Assembly (NCBI GenBank): GCA_951406725.2 | Contig: OX597827.1 | Span: 63,240,001 to 63,304,000, forward strand | DNA length: 64,000 nucleotides | Direction: 5' to 3' | Origin: Octopus vulgaris | Taxonomy: Eukaryota | In this document: positions 24,922 to 39,880 of the stretch, one piece after another | Layout of the letters: the number at the start of each line of letters is the position of its first letter | How positions within the stretch are numbered: position 1 is the first letter of the stretch | The notes under the pieces: generated by a model | Seen by the model: the letters and a program-made list of their open reading frames with translations, nothing else | Databases searched by the model: none | What the model was told of the DNA's origin: nothing | Program-made: the position numbers and the translations under genes

Positions 24922-24959
24922 GCATTAACAATGGCTAATATTTTATTCAAACATTTATT

Positions 24960-25118
24960 CTAACTCCAAAGAATCCCACTCAACACACGGCTATGATGCT
25001 CCCTCACTACTCCTGCTCATCATCAGAAGTGTACATATTGTCAGCCACTAAGCGACAGTCTCAACAGGTTATGGTCAAGCAACTGACAAGAAAATCTGTG
25101 GTCTTGAGCAGAATATTT
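24960..25118. mobile_element. Fragment of the 550-bp (AAT)n-associated repeat
   Basis: Aligns with 32910-33066. Confidence 0.85.
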
Positions 25119-25235
25119 CCGCGTGGAGCTTAGGTGTTTCGCTCATAAACACACACATCGCCCGGTTTGAGATTTGAACCCGCGATCCCTCGACCGTGAG
25201 TCCGCTGCTCTACCCACTAGGCCATGTGCCTCCAC
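25119..25235 (-). mobile_element. SINE family C, 5' part
   Basis: Reverse complement of the head. Confidence 0.88.
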
Positions 25236-25623
25236 ACATACATACATTAACATATGAATAAGGGGGGATGGAAAAAACAAAGATCGTTCGGCAAAAGCTG
25301 AACGCTCATCACGTCGCCTTCGACGGGAGAGCCCGTCGCTTTGTGATCATGAGTGCACAAAACTTCACGTGTGCGTATGCTCACATTTTGCTGATGCTTG
25401 TATGAGCGTGTGTACTCGTGCCATGCAACTTGCCCGAGGACGTTTATACATCCATATCTGTTAACGGTTATTTTCAATACGTTTCTCTTTTTGTCGTCTG
25501 CAATTTTATTTTTGACCTTCTGTATAAATGAAATTATTTCCTCCGTCTGGCTGGGGTTTTTTTCTCTACAAAACAGAACGTTACTTTGTGGAACAGTCAT
25601 TTTAACGAGTTGTATTTACTTAT

Positions 25624-25734
25624 TTATCACCCGACGAGATACATCTGCACCACTGGATGCTCCTGAACCAGTTGTTAAGTGTCCCACCCAACAGGAATCG
25701 ATGCTAGGTGAATCGAAACAATTCACGTAATTAA
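25624..25734 (+). ncRNA. Degenerate hammerhead motif, CCGACGA core
   Basis: ttatcac-CCGACGA-GATaCATCTGCA..TGCtAGGTGaATC-GAAACaattcac-gtaattaa; cleavage triplet damaged. Confidence 0.5.
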
Positions 25735-25776
25735 TAATAAATTCTCGTATATTCCATCTTCTGCCTTTCATTTGTT

Positions 25777-25836
<60 letters not shown>

Positions 25837-25837
25837 T

Positions 25838-25906
<69 letters not shown>

Positions 25907-26065
25907 GAATATATACAATTATGAATATATATATATATATATATATAAACATATATTGTTTATAAATTTAACCTTTAAAGGTATTTTTTTATATGCTGGC
26001 CATCGACAGAAATTTTTTCGAAAAATGTTATCCTATATTAGATATATATATATACATATAACATA

Positions 26066-26863
<798 letters not shown>

Positions 26864-26872
26864 AACAAAAAG

Positions 26873-26915
<43 letters not shown>

Positions 26916-27329
26916 GTAATATTGGTTTGGGTTTTAATTGCTGCCGTATCTAATAACGTAGAGTAAGATATACATCAATTATGGATGGAGCATTCTGTCA
27001 TTACATCATGCGTAGCTTCGCCAATACCAATGCTAAGAAAATATACGTGTGCTCGTTTATGCCATTGAGTCTACAACTATGCAAATTTGTAAGCATACAT
27101 AACATTTCTATGTATAACATGTATGCTGTGTGTCTATATGCATGTCTTCTGTGTGTGTGTGTGCGTCTGTGTGCGTATATGTATGTGTCTTCTTATTCTG
27201 TTATTCGTTTCAGTGAATGGACTGGCTCGCGTTTTCAAATTATAGGCGCCATTAGGGATGTGTATGTGAGTGTATGTGTACAACTGAAACATATATATGT
27301 ATGTATATATATTGTATATATATATATAT

Positions 27330-27399
<70 letters not shown>

Positions 27400-27578
27400 A
27401 TGGATGGATGCATATCCTTGTATACAGACATACACACACACATATATGCACATACACACATACACACACAAAGACACGCACATAAATGCATCCCCAGCCA
27501 CCTACACACAAAAAGGATATATCTGTGTGTATGTATGTATATATATCATATATATATATATATATATAAATAGATAGG

Positions 27579-27610
<32 letters not shown>

Positions 27611-27611
27611 C

Positions 27612-27661
<50 letters not shown>

Positions 27662-27872
27662 GTAGATATCCACACACATATACATACATACATAGACACA
27701 CATACATACAAGTATACATACATAAATACATACATACATGTGCTGTCCAAGTACAGGTGTGTTGACGCATATGAAAACATGTATACGTACAGACATTCAT
27801 GCATGTATACACAACATGTTTCACGAAATTATTTATGATATGCATTCATGTGCACAGGTATTCACACACAAA

Positions 27873-27904
<32 letters not shown>

Positions 27905-28231
27905 ACACGCGCGCGCGCGCGCGCACAGAGAGGAAACTGCGTATACATTTTTAACTCTTCGCAATTACACCCACACTGAAAGATCAATATCTTACTCACT
28001 GATCACTGCTGCAACGTGCTGTGACGTCATATGTTAAGCGTTATCAACGTGTTTCATGACGGGTGGCCACTAACCCAGACAACCACCAGCCAGCCACCAG
28101 CCAGACAGCCAGCCCGCCCGCCAGCCAGCAGGCCGGCCAGACACCCACGCTTGACGATAGAAGCGCCACGAGAAACTCATATCTGTCTTCCGGATCCTTA
28201 CAAATCAATACGCAAACACAAATCTGTATAT

Positions 28232-28265
<34 letters not shown>

Positions 28266-28304
28266 TCGCATAAATATGAATGTACCGTACGTGCAGACAC
28301 ACAC

Positions 28305-28397
<93 letters not shown>

Positions 28398-28548
28398 TGT
28401 ATGTCCATTAGCACAGATATGTATTAGGACATTCGTGTGTATGTAATGAATAAAGATATATATATATCTATATATACATATATAGATATATACGTGTTTT
28501 GCTTGGTACATGTGCGACTCAAATAACTTGTATGTATGTATGTATAGG

Positions 28549-28638
<90 letters not shown>

Positions 28639-28821
28639 TAGATACATACGTACAACCATATACAATGTATGAATAGATGATAGAGAGACAGGCAGATAGA
28701 TAAATACTTGGATAAATAGAGAGTTTGATAGATATTTATAAATAGAAGGGTATATATATATATTTATGTGTATGAATGTAAATATATATATATATATGCA
28801 TAATTTATATATTTTCACACA

Positions 28822-28863
<42 letters not shown>

Positions 28864-28972
28864 TACATATATATACATTTATGTATATATACATACATTA
28901 CATACATATATACTTATAAATCTATACATCTATGAATATCCAGGGAATATAATTACACAGTATACACCTACA

Positions 28973-29023
<51 letters not shown>

Positions 29024-29104
29024 ATTTATATATATATATGCATATTATATATACCTGTGTATATGATCGAATCATAAATTGGTGTTTTCGTATATGCATA
29101 TATA

Positions 29105-29150
<46 letters not shown>

Positions 29151-29779
29151 TATATTCATATATATGCATATATATACATACATACATACATACATGCATA
29201 CATACATACATACATACATACATACATACATACATACATACATACATACATGCATACATACATACCGACATTCATTTGTGTGTATGTATGTATGGATGCA
29301 TTGTCCTTCTCTCTCTGCTTCTATGTGTTCACTTATGAATAGTCGAACGTAGGAATAAACGAATAATGAAACAACGCAAGAAGTAAAAATAAACGAATTT
29401 ATGATTGTATGCAAGAGAGGAGAGCGACAACTGCCAAACATGTATTGAACCGGCACAATAAAACTTACTGATCCATGACGTCATCAGACACGACCCACCG
29501 GTTTAAAGCTTCCTTCCGACTTTTATATTTTATATTTTTTCTTTAAACCTCTTGTTCATATATACATACACATTTACTTATACATACGTACATACATACA
29601 TACATACATATATGAATATATATCCACACACACACACATATATAAACACGTACAAACATATATACATATATATATATACATATTTACACATACAGAAACA
29701 TTGATATATACATCTATATATATTTATAAATATATGTATACATACATAAATGTGTATGAGTATATATATATATATATAT

Positions 29780-29853
<74 letters not shown>

Positions 29854-29856
<3 letters not shown>

Positions 29857-30014
29857 TGCAGGAATGGCTCTATGGTAAGAAGCTTGCATCCCAACCTAAC
29901 GGTCCCGAGTTCAGTTCCTGTGCCTAACATCTTGGGAAAGTGTCGTCTTCTGTAGCCTCGGGCCGACCAGAGCTGTGTGAGTGAATTTGGTAAACGGAAA
30001 ATTAAGGAAGCACG

Positions 30015-30017
<3 letters not shown>
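29854..30017 (+). mobile_element. SINE family A, diverged 5' half
   Basis: Head similarity. Confidence 0.8.
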
Positions 30018-30051
<34 letters not shown>

Positions 30052-30062
30052 TGTGTGTGTGT

Positions 30063-30138
30063 GTTTCGGCTGATATACCCTCCAAAACGCCATATGTCCA
30101 CGGGCATACGGTGTAGTGGTTGAGTGCGGGCTACTAAC
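30063..30138. mobile_element. Collapsed family E copy: HHR stem II fragment plus head-to-head tRNA-like heads
   Basis: tttcggctgatataccctcca is identical to 62106-62126; cgccatatgtcc-ac-gggcatacggtg palindrome. Confidence 0.75.
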
Positions 30139-30161
30139 TCTCATTATAATTACTATTAAAG

Positions 30162-30275
30162 ATGGCAGGGAACTGGCAGAATCGTTACTACGGCGGGCGA
30201 AATGCCGCTGAGCATTTCGCCCCTCTTTAGATTTCTGATACAAAATTTCGCCGGGGTCGACTTTGCCTTTCATCT
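30162..30275 (+). mobile_element. SINE family B, diverged
   Basis: ggcagggaactggcagaatcgtta..gtcgactttgcctttcatc. Confidence 0.75.
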
Positions 30276-30360
30276 AGTTGCGCTCTGGGGTCGATATACC
30301 ACTCTGAAATAGCTGGCTTTGTGCCAAAATCTGAAAGCATTATTATTACTATTACCTTAA

Positions 30361-31649
30361 TATAATTTATTGTGAAATTATTATCGTGTCCATAACGGTG
30401 ACAAAGATGGTAGCACTCTGAGCAGTAATTAATTTCGTTTAATGGCCGAGCTCATTATTCCCTCCAGTCAGTTTCGACATTGTATTTTATCCCACCATTG
30501 GGCTGCGGGAGATTATTTACTATATTCAGTTCAATAGACGACGTATTTCTAGTTGCGCACAGCATATAACTCCCACATAACATTTCTTTATATTTTTTCA
30601 GAATTTCCAGAAAATTTTTTTATGAATTTTTGTTCTACACACGGGAAGTCATGCAACTCTGCAAAAACCAAAAACAAAAGTTTGTATGATTTAAGTGGTA
30701 TTTAGCATTTGATTTTAGCACATCCTACGACCACCTCTTTTGTTTGTCACTCTGACGTATTGATGTTTTTCAATATCTTTCTCCCCATAAATACATTTAA
30801 TGATCTTTTGATAGGATTTAAGCCAAAAGTTCGGAGTGTCTGTATTTTAAACTGTGATTATAAAAGATGCTCGAAAATTTTCTTTTTAAAGTTCATTTCG
30901 AAAAATTAAATTGGCACAGACATATGATTTCCCATGTGTAAGAACAACAAATTCGCGAAAATTTTCTGAAAATTCCAAAAAAACATTTTTTAATTTATGA
31001 GAGTTTATACACCGTGGATAAAACAAAATTCCGACCAATAGCTGTTCCGGCCCCTAATCTGTGTGTATGTGCGTGCGTGGTACAAATCATATGCCACAGA
31101 TATTCATAGGGGGTCAAGAGGTCACTAATTGACCAGGATACCCCAAAATCCAAGTAACATGGTGCAAAGAGACCACGACAAGCGTCTTTTCGCTTATTAC
31201 ATAGCATTTATCTACAGAACACCACCTGGAATTGCAACCCCCACCATGTCTTCTCTTTCTAGGTTGTGAAGAACTATCAGTGGGCTGATAGCGAAAGGTT
31301 GAAATTTTCCTGTGATAGATAACGATTGATTTTCTTCGGCCAACTCAGAATGTGCATTAAGGTCTTATTGAAGGTTCCCTGTTTTACTAGGCTTATTGAT
31401 TACTTGAGATACTTCTGTTTCATAAGCAAAACTAATTGAGAGAGAGATTCTTTGTATAAATGAGAGTATGTCCAGTAGCATCTCCAGTAAGTTCTCCGTC
31501 ATCAATTCACGGTTTTTTGTTCTTTTTTGTTTTTCAAATAAAACTCGATCAACGAACTCGGTTATTATTCAACGAAATTAATTAGTGCTCAGCGTGTTAC
31601 CATCTGTGCTACCCTTAAGGACCTGATAATGATTTCACTATAAATCATA
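30361..31649. mobile_element. Old non-autonomous DNA transposon with ~80-bp TIRs and internal IRs
   Basis: 30361-30440 vs 31570-31649 are inverted; inner IR ~30590-30652 vs ~30922-30985. Confidence 0.7.
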
Positions 31650-31792
31650 TCAAAATAATGGTAGTAATACTGGCTTCAAATTTTCGCACAATGCCAGCAA
31701 TTTCATAATAGGGGGACAAGTGAATTACATCAACAAACACCTAAATCAGAGACGACGCCGATTCTATGTCTTTATAGGGGTTATGTTTTAAG

Positions 31793-31862
<70 letters not shown>

Positions 31863-31863
31863 G

Positions 31864-32405
31864 GAGTGAGAGAGCAGTGCATGCCATCAAAGTGACACAG
31901 GGGTAAAATATACGAAGCCCAGTATATCCATCATGACTACCCGTCTGGTGATCTCATCTCAAGATAAACAGCGCATGACCTTGCAGGTTGGGGCCCAATT
32001 AGAATTTTCTTCAGGTCGAGTAGCCCATTCCACACAAAACATTCCCGAATAAGGTTTGTTTAAGGACGATGAACGAAACACCCATGTTTCCAGAGGTGAA
32101 TTATTCAAACCCCAAAGAATCCCTCTCAACACATGGCTATGATGCTCCCCCACTACTTCTGCTCGTGATCAGAGATGCACATATCGTCAGCCACTAAGGC
32201 ACATGCTCAACAGGTTAAGGTCAAGTAATCGACAACAGGTTAAGGTCAAGCAATCGACAACAGGTTAAGGTCAAGCAATCTGCCTTGAGCAGAATATTTG
32301 CTGTAGCCCATCATTTTATACCAAGACAAAACAATGTACATTATAACACTTCCAATCAGTTAAGATCAGAAGCCAAGAGAGCCAGTGTCTGGTACTGCAT
32401 CAAGG
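31864..32405. mobile_element. ~550-bp non-coding repeat embedded in (ATT)n, copy 1
   Basis: Near-identical to 32618-33172; has an internal deletion and a triplicated 26-mer at ~32208-32281. Confidence 0.9.
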
Positions 32406-32408
32406 ATA

Positions 32409-32616
<208 letters not shown>

Positions 32617-32617
32617 T

Positions 32618-33171
32618 GAGTGAGAGAGCAGTGCATGCCATCAAAGTGACACTGGGGTAAAATATATGAAGCCCAGTATACCCATCATGACTACCCGTCT
32701 GATAAGGGTACACTAGGTACATGCATCACAACCATGTGTGCGTGACATGGTGATCTCATATCAAGATAAACAGCACATGACCTTGCAGGTGGGGCCCAGT
32801 TAGAATTTTCTTCAGGTCGAGTAACCCATCCCACTCGAAAGGTCCCTGAATAAGGGTTGTTTAAGGACGTTGAATGAAACACCCATGTTTCCAGAGGTGA
32901 ATTATTCAAACCCCAAAGAATCCCTCTCAACACACGGCTATGATGCTCCCCCACTACTTCTGCTCGTGATCAGAGATGCACATATCGTTGGCCACTAAGG
33001 GACATGCTCAACTGGTTAAGGTCAAACAACTGACAAGCAAATCTGTGGTATTGAGCAGAATATTTGCTGTAGCCCATCTTTTATACCAAGATAAAACAAT
33101 GTACATGATAACACTTCCAATCAGTTAAGATCAGAAGCCATGAGAGCCACTGCCTGGTACTGCATCAGGGC

Positions 33172-33172
<1 letters not shown>
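32618..33172. mobile_element. ~550-bp non-coding repeat embedded in (ATT)n, copy 2
   Basis: gagtgagagagcagtgcatgcc..ctggtactgcatcagggca, flanked on both sides by (ATT)n. Confidence 0.9.
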
Positions 33173-33228
<56 letters not shown>

Positions 33229-33240
33229 TATTATTATCAC

Positions 33241-33277
<37 letters not shown>

Positions 33278-33278
33278 G

Positions 33279-33369
<91 letters not shown>

Positions 33370-33413
33370 CATCATTATTATTATTATTATTATCATCATT
33401 ATTATTATTATTA

Positions 33414-33516
<103 letters not shown>

Positions 33517-34279
33517 TATTATTATTATTATTATTATTATTACATCTTTATCTCCTCGCTTTTGTTTCTCATCCCGATCATCGACGTCAATACAAGCGAT
33601 ATTTGCTTTCTTAATTAATTTTCTTACATTTCATTGATCTCCAAAGTGTTTTGAGCATATGATATTCGAAGTCCTATCACAATTCTCCCTCTTCGCCGTC
33701 GTTCTTCTCCTCCTCCTCCGCTTCCTCTTCATGCTTTTCATCCATGTGGGGGAGGTAGTCGCAGTTAAGTACAATAATCAATATAATCGATTTTACTCTG
33801 ATGATCAATGGGTATCAATATCTCAGACCCCTTTTCTTTCCCGTTTCTTTCTTCCATTCAGAGCGTTTTTTTTTCTATTTCCAAATGTCTTGTGGGGGTG
33901 TTGTTACCATGTTGGATAAAATGTTGTCGCGCATCTCTCCTGGTTCTATAAGTTCAAACCCTTCCAGGGTCGATAACATAAGGCAACAATCGTGTACTGG
34001 GTCGATAATATGGAATAACATTTTCTCTGCTTTCCTTATGTCTAAGTTTCAAACCACCGTCACTGTCATTAAATTCTTTCTGCTTCAGGCACAAGGCCTG
34101 GGATTTGGTGGGGGGAAGGGCCTAGAGGATTACATCAACCCCTGTATATAGCTGGTATTTATATTCTCGACCTAGCGATGTTTGCATTAATAATGTATAA
34201 GCAAACACGGCAAAAATATATGAACTTACGCGAGACGACGAGAACAACAATCAATCAGAAAGATAGCTAGCTAGCTAGC

Positions 34280-34459
<180 letters not shown>

Positions 34460-35487
34460 CTTCCTATACATATCAATAACGGAATATTCCAAGGAGACGT
34501 CTTCTCTCCGCCTCTTTTTTGTCAGCCCACGGTACAGGGCTTCCTATCTACCTGTTAAATCAGATTGGACTCAGTAACAAAACCTACGATTGGAAAATTA
34601 ACCTTTTCTCATGTATAACTGACCTGAGGTTATACACAGCCACTGATAAATAACTAGAGACACTGTTACATTTAACGATTGATTATTTAGAAGACTTGAA
34701 ACGAAATTAGATTCTGAAATACCGACCAATGCAACCTCGAATATCTTTCATATACTCTCTTATCGTTTACTTAGTTCAATCTGCGGCCATGCTGGAGCAC
34801 CGCATTCAAGGGTTTAGTCGAACATATCGGCCTCAGTACGTATGTTCTATATCTAGTACTTATTCCATCGAAGTCTTTTACATAACTAATTTAAGGAGAC
34901 GTCAAAAAAAAAATACCTATTGTCACGGACACACTTTCATATGCATACATGTGTACTTGTGTGTGTTTAAGCACGAGAAATTGTATATACATGGATATAC
35001 ACGCACACACACGCACACACATATATAATGTAGGACAGACAGGAAGTTGTCTTTATAGTACTCGGAGATTCGAATGTCGGAGCGTCAGCTATTAATGGCA
35101 ATAGACGCTATGAAAAACCGTTGAATAAAAGGGAAGTTACTCTAATAGGTAGAAAAAAGAAAAAAGATAAAAATACACTTAACCATATTCTCACAATACA
35201 TAGACATAAAACCTCCTGCGTTCATAACGTCTACATACGTACACAATCACACAAACATATATATGTGTATATGCACATACACACAGAAACATATATGTGC
35301 ATGTACGTACTTATACATAAACACATATCCACACAAGCATATATGTATATATATATATATATACAAGTATATGTACACGCAACTTCATCTTCCTATACAC
35401 ATAGGTGTCTGCATGCATGCAGATTTAGACATTTAGACATAAGAATATACGTATATATATATAGATAGACAGATAGATAAATAGATA

Positions 35488-35520
<33 letters not shown>

Positions 35521-35559
35521 GCATACATTCACACTCCCGCATATACGTATATATATATA

Positions 35560-36063
<504 letters not shown>

Positions 36064-36489
36064 GTAGCGGAAAATTAATAAACTTCGCTAATACCGTGTT
36101 ATGTAGAGAAACAGACGATAGAGACAGACGATAGCGATAGAAGCAAAGAAACAAAGATAAGAGAATCAGGCCAAACACTGAGTTACATCTAATTAGGTAT
36201 TAATGAACAAGAAGAGAACAACACAAACTTGAAAGAAAATGATTGGAAAGAATGTTGGAGCCGTATTAGATGAATACTTTAAAATGGCTAATTACAAGAC
36301 TGGGTAATAGATATCATTGCTTTAGCTGTCCCAGCAACAAGTTATCGTTATAGTATTCTCAAATGAACACTGAATACGTTACTAAGACTAGACGTGGAAA
36401 CGCAACAGATAACTACATTTAGCATACACCACTCAAAATCTAGCATAGAGATATTACATTTACGGTTCACGCAGCTTTAATGAGAAAAA

Positions 36490-36536
<47 letters not shown>

Positions 36537-36539
36537 ATA

Positions 36540-36690
36540 TACTTATATTAAGGGTATTACTATAGATAAATGCCTCACGCTAGGAGGGGCTATTCAAGTC
36601 AAAACCATAATAAATATTATGGTAGTTTTAACTTTAAAAGTCCCTCCTGGCGTGAGGCATTTATATATACTAATGCCTCTATTATAAGTA
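36540..36690. repeat. Fold-back palindrome, ~150 bp
   Basis: ataaatgcctcacgctaggagggg / ccctcctggcgtgaggcatttat, centre ccataata-aa-tattatgg. Confidence 0.9.
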
Positions 36691-36805
36691 AATATATTTA
36701 AGAGGAATAAATTGATGGATTTTTCCCTTATGAGGTTTTCACGCTAACTACTTGATAAATTCTTATAAAGTTTTTAACATATTTTTCAATTATATATATA
36801 TATAT

Positions 36806-36840
36806 GTTTCCGACGAAGAGCTCCGCTCGAAACGTTAAAC
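36806..36840 (+). ncRNA. Minimal hammerhead motif, U4C core
   Basis: GTTT-CCGACGA-a-GAGC tcc GCTC-GAA-ACGT-T-AAAC; within a ~130-bp element flanked by (TA)n. Confidence 0.7.
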
Positions 36841-36934
36841 CCTCCTTCTTTCCTTCTTTCCTGAGCGCCCAATAATACTATATTTGTTCCACGTCCTCGC
36901 GTTGTGTTTTTTTGTGCTTTCTTGTTTGGATTAA

Positions 36935-36985
<51 letters not shown>

Positions 36986-36990
<5 letters not shown>

Positions 36991-37680
36991 AAATTAGAAA
37001 ATGGAGAAACATACTTAAATCAATCAAACATCAACCATCAGATGATACCCAATCAATACTTTATTACACCATTACATAACAGCAAAGGCATTATACAAAA
37101 TATATTGTAAATATAATTAGACAAGGAAATAGAAATATAAAATATAAAATATAATATATAATTATATCATATCTGACAGCTGTTTCGGCCGTAAGGACAA
37201 GTATGCCTCATTTAACCTATAAGCCATATAAGGCAGGTATAAATGAGACATTAACAAGGATGTCCCACGGCCTCTTCAGAGAATTTAGTTTATTATAAGT
37301 GTTAAAAATTTTTTTACATATAAATATAAAAATATAAAATATAAAAACGTGTACATAGACACTCATAATACTACACATATATATATACGCATTAATACAA
37401 TAATACAAAATTTGCTGTTATGTAATGGTGTAATAAAGTATTGATTGGGTATCATCTGATGGTTGATGTTTGATTGATTTAAGTATGTTTCTCCATTTTC
37501 TAATTTTGTATTATTAATTTACGGTAATATTTTTACCCTTGCCCACATAATACAGTAGATGAATTAATTGCATGGCAATTTTTAACATTATGTATTAGTC
37601 TTGTTGGGTACCTCTCTAGCAGTATATTGGATATATGTTATCCCATGGTGGGTTGAATTTTCAACCCCTATCTCATTTTA
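36986..37680 (-). mobile_element. Young PLE pseudo-LTR-type insertion with a perfect 101-bp inverted repeat
   Basis: 36986-37086 equals the reverse complement of 37411-37511; intact HHR between the arms; (TA)n on both sides. Confidence 0.82.
37172..37282 (-). ncRNA. Canonical type-I hammerhead ribozyme with long stem II
   Basis: Minus strand TCT-CTGAAGA-GGCCGTgGGACA..TGTCCttACGGCC-GAAAC AGCT GTC-AGA; palindromic stem III ACAGCTGT. Confidence 0.9.
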
Positions 37681-37684
37681 TATA

Positions 37685-37747
<63 letters not shown>

Positions 37748-37993
37748 CTGGAAAGAGTCATTTTCTTTTAATGCCTTATTAACTAATACACTCACAGGAT
37801 ATATAGTCGAATATACTTGCCCATGGTACCGTGCAGTAGGACTGAACCCGAGACCGTGTAGGTGTATTCTACAGCTAAAAGCACTATTATAAAATATCTT
37901 CTATTATGAAATATCTATTGTAGAATAAATTCAATTTATGCAATAGAAACAGCTCTGTAATGTAAACATTATCAATACTGCATCTATAACGGT

Positions 37994-38219
37994 CATGTGC
38001 CGTTTAAACGCCAAAAGCTGCGGCTTTTCGCCCGAGAAAAATCTCCTTACAGACACATAGAGTTGAAAAATAATATGCTTCAGGTGATCACTACTGGGAT
38101 GATTTCATTTCGCATATTCCTGAAGTAAATTGTGTTTTGTTTTTTTTTTACACAATCTGACTTTAAGGGAATTTTTCTTGGAGGAAAAACCACAGCTTCT
38201 GGCATTTAAACAACACATG
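37994..38219. repeat. Fold-back / MITE-like palindrome, ~225 bp
   Basis: catgtgccgtttaaacgccaaaagctgcgg.. vs ..ccacagcttctggcatttaaacaacacatg. Confidence 0.85.
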
Positions 38220-38359
38220 TACGTTAAGTATCAGGTATTGCTTATCTACTTTAAGTTTACGGAAACATATTTTAATGAATAAACCCGAAAACTAAGACAA
38301 ATAGTGGTCATGTGGTTAAGAGGCTCGCTTTGCCATCTCATGGTTCGTGTTCAGATCGA

Positions 38360-39360
38360 CACTTGGAGATGGCTAATAAAAAGTGATATGAAAGGATGCA
38401 CTGAAGCATCGATGTGCAGCGCCCAAGAACAAGCTCTGAGAACTAATTACATCAAGTTCCAAATAGATAAGAGTAGCGAATTGCCCCTTTTTAAGATGTG
38501 TGGCAGCAGAAATGAAAGGCGGCGAGCTGGCAGAAACGTTAGCAAGCCGGGCGAAATGCTTTGTGGTATTTCGTCCGCCGCTGCGTTCTGAGTTCAAATT
38601 CCGCCGAGGTCGACTTTGCTTTTCATCCTTTCGGGGTCGATAAATTAAGTACCAGTTACGCACTGGGTCGATGTAATCGACTTAATCAGTTTCTCTGTCC
38701 TTGTTTGTCCCCTCTATGTTTAGCCCCTTGTGGGCAATAAAGAAATAAGAAATGAAATAATCTCACATATTGTGAGCGAGTGTAGCAAGCTGGCCCAAGA
38801 GCCTCTACAAAAAGAGGCACGATAATGATGCTATGTGAAAAGTACGGCCTGAACAGAGCAGAGAAATGGTACAAACATGAACCAGAAGAAGTCACCGAGA
38901 ACAAGGAATAAAAGATACTGTGGGATTTTACAATCCAGTGTAACTCCCTGATCGAGGATCGGAGACCAGATATTGTTGTGGCAGATAAACGAAAGAAGGA
39001 AAGCAAGATCATAGATACTGCAATAGACGAAATTCCAAGAATGTAGACTATGAGTAGAGTGTCTGCCATTCCAGTAGTTGTAGGGGCACTCGGAGCACTA
39101 ACAACCATGTTCGAGAAATATGTCAGACAAATCGGAATTGACATGAGACAGAGCTAGTCTAAAGAATTGCTCTGCTAGGGACAGCTAGGATTTTGAGGTT
39201 GGTACTTGGATGTTGAATGTCTCCCACGATAGTTAACAACCAGGTATCAAAGCTTATAATGTATGGAAAGAGACCCTGTGAGACCTCTGACAGCAGGCTG
39301 CTGTCCGCTCTCACGGAATCTACCAGACGAAATAATACCGAACGTTCTGAGAAGTAAAGC
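38360..39360 (+). mobile_element. R4/Dong-like (RLE-clade) non-LTR retrotransposon 3' relic ending in (AAT)n
   Basis: WLIKSDMKGCTEA..AQEQALRTNYIK..CG, SHIVSECSKLA, ILWDFTIQ..RRPDIVV..IID (zinc knuckle plus PD..D endonuclease); frameshifted. Confidence 0.88.
38518..38747 (+). mobile_element. SINE family B inserted into the R4/Dong relic
   Basis: TSD agaaatgaaa at 38508-38517 and 38748-38757. Confidence 0.95.
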
Positions 39361-39446
<86 letters not shown>

Positions 39447-39612
39447 AAGAAGCAACAGTAAAAAAAACAGACCCCGTTTGCACTTCTAGCTCACTGAGCT
39501 TATATATATATACATATGTGTGTGTGTGTGTGTGTGTACACATACATGTATTTATATATATATATATATATATATATTCACATACATACAGTCATACATA
39601 TACATATAAATG

Positions 39613-39646
<34 letters not shown>

Positions 39647-39659
39647 CATACATACATAT

Positions 39660-39880
39660 AGAGAAAATTCACAAAAAAAACAAAAGACGAAGACAGGTGG
39701 TGTAGACAAGAAACAGATGTATTAGTATATCGCTCGGGAAGGGAAAAATTCTTTAACATTTCGAGCCTACGCTCTTCCACAGAAAGGAACACGGAAAGAA
39801 ACAAGGAGAGAAAATAGAGAAAATAAAGAGAGAAAATAAGAAAGGAGAGAAAATAAAGATTGTGTAGTGGCTATCGATCT
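39660..39880 (-). mobile_element. ~200-bp HHR element family F (motif 39751-39786)
   Basis: Minus strand CTTT-CTGTGGA-a-GAGC gtag GCTC-GAA-ATGT-T-AAAG; homologous to 56340 and 61036. Confidence 0.8.

Noticed and set aside
32208-32281. Three short direct repeats (CRISPR-like at a glance)
   Set aside because: Contiguous tandem 26-mers without spacers inside a eukaryotic repeat
33120-33172. Possible HDV-like ribozyme at the end of the 550-bp element (GCCCTGA/TCATGGC pairing)
   Set aside because: P1.1, P3 and the catalytic C context could not be assigned
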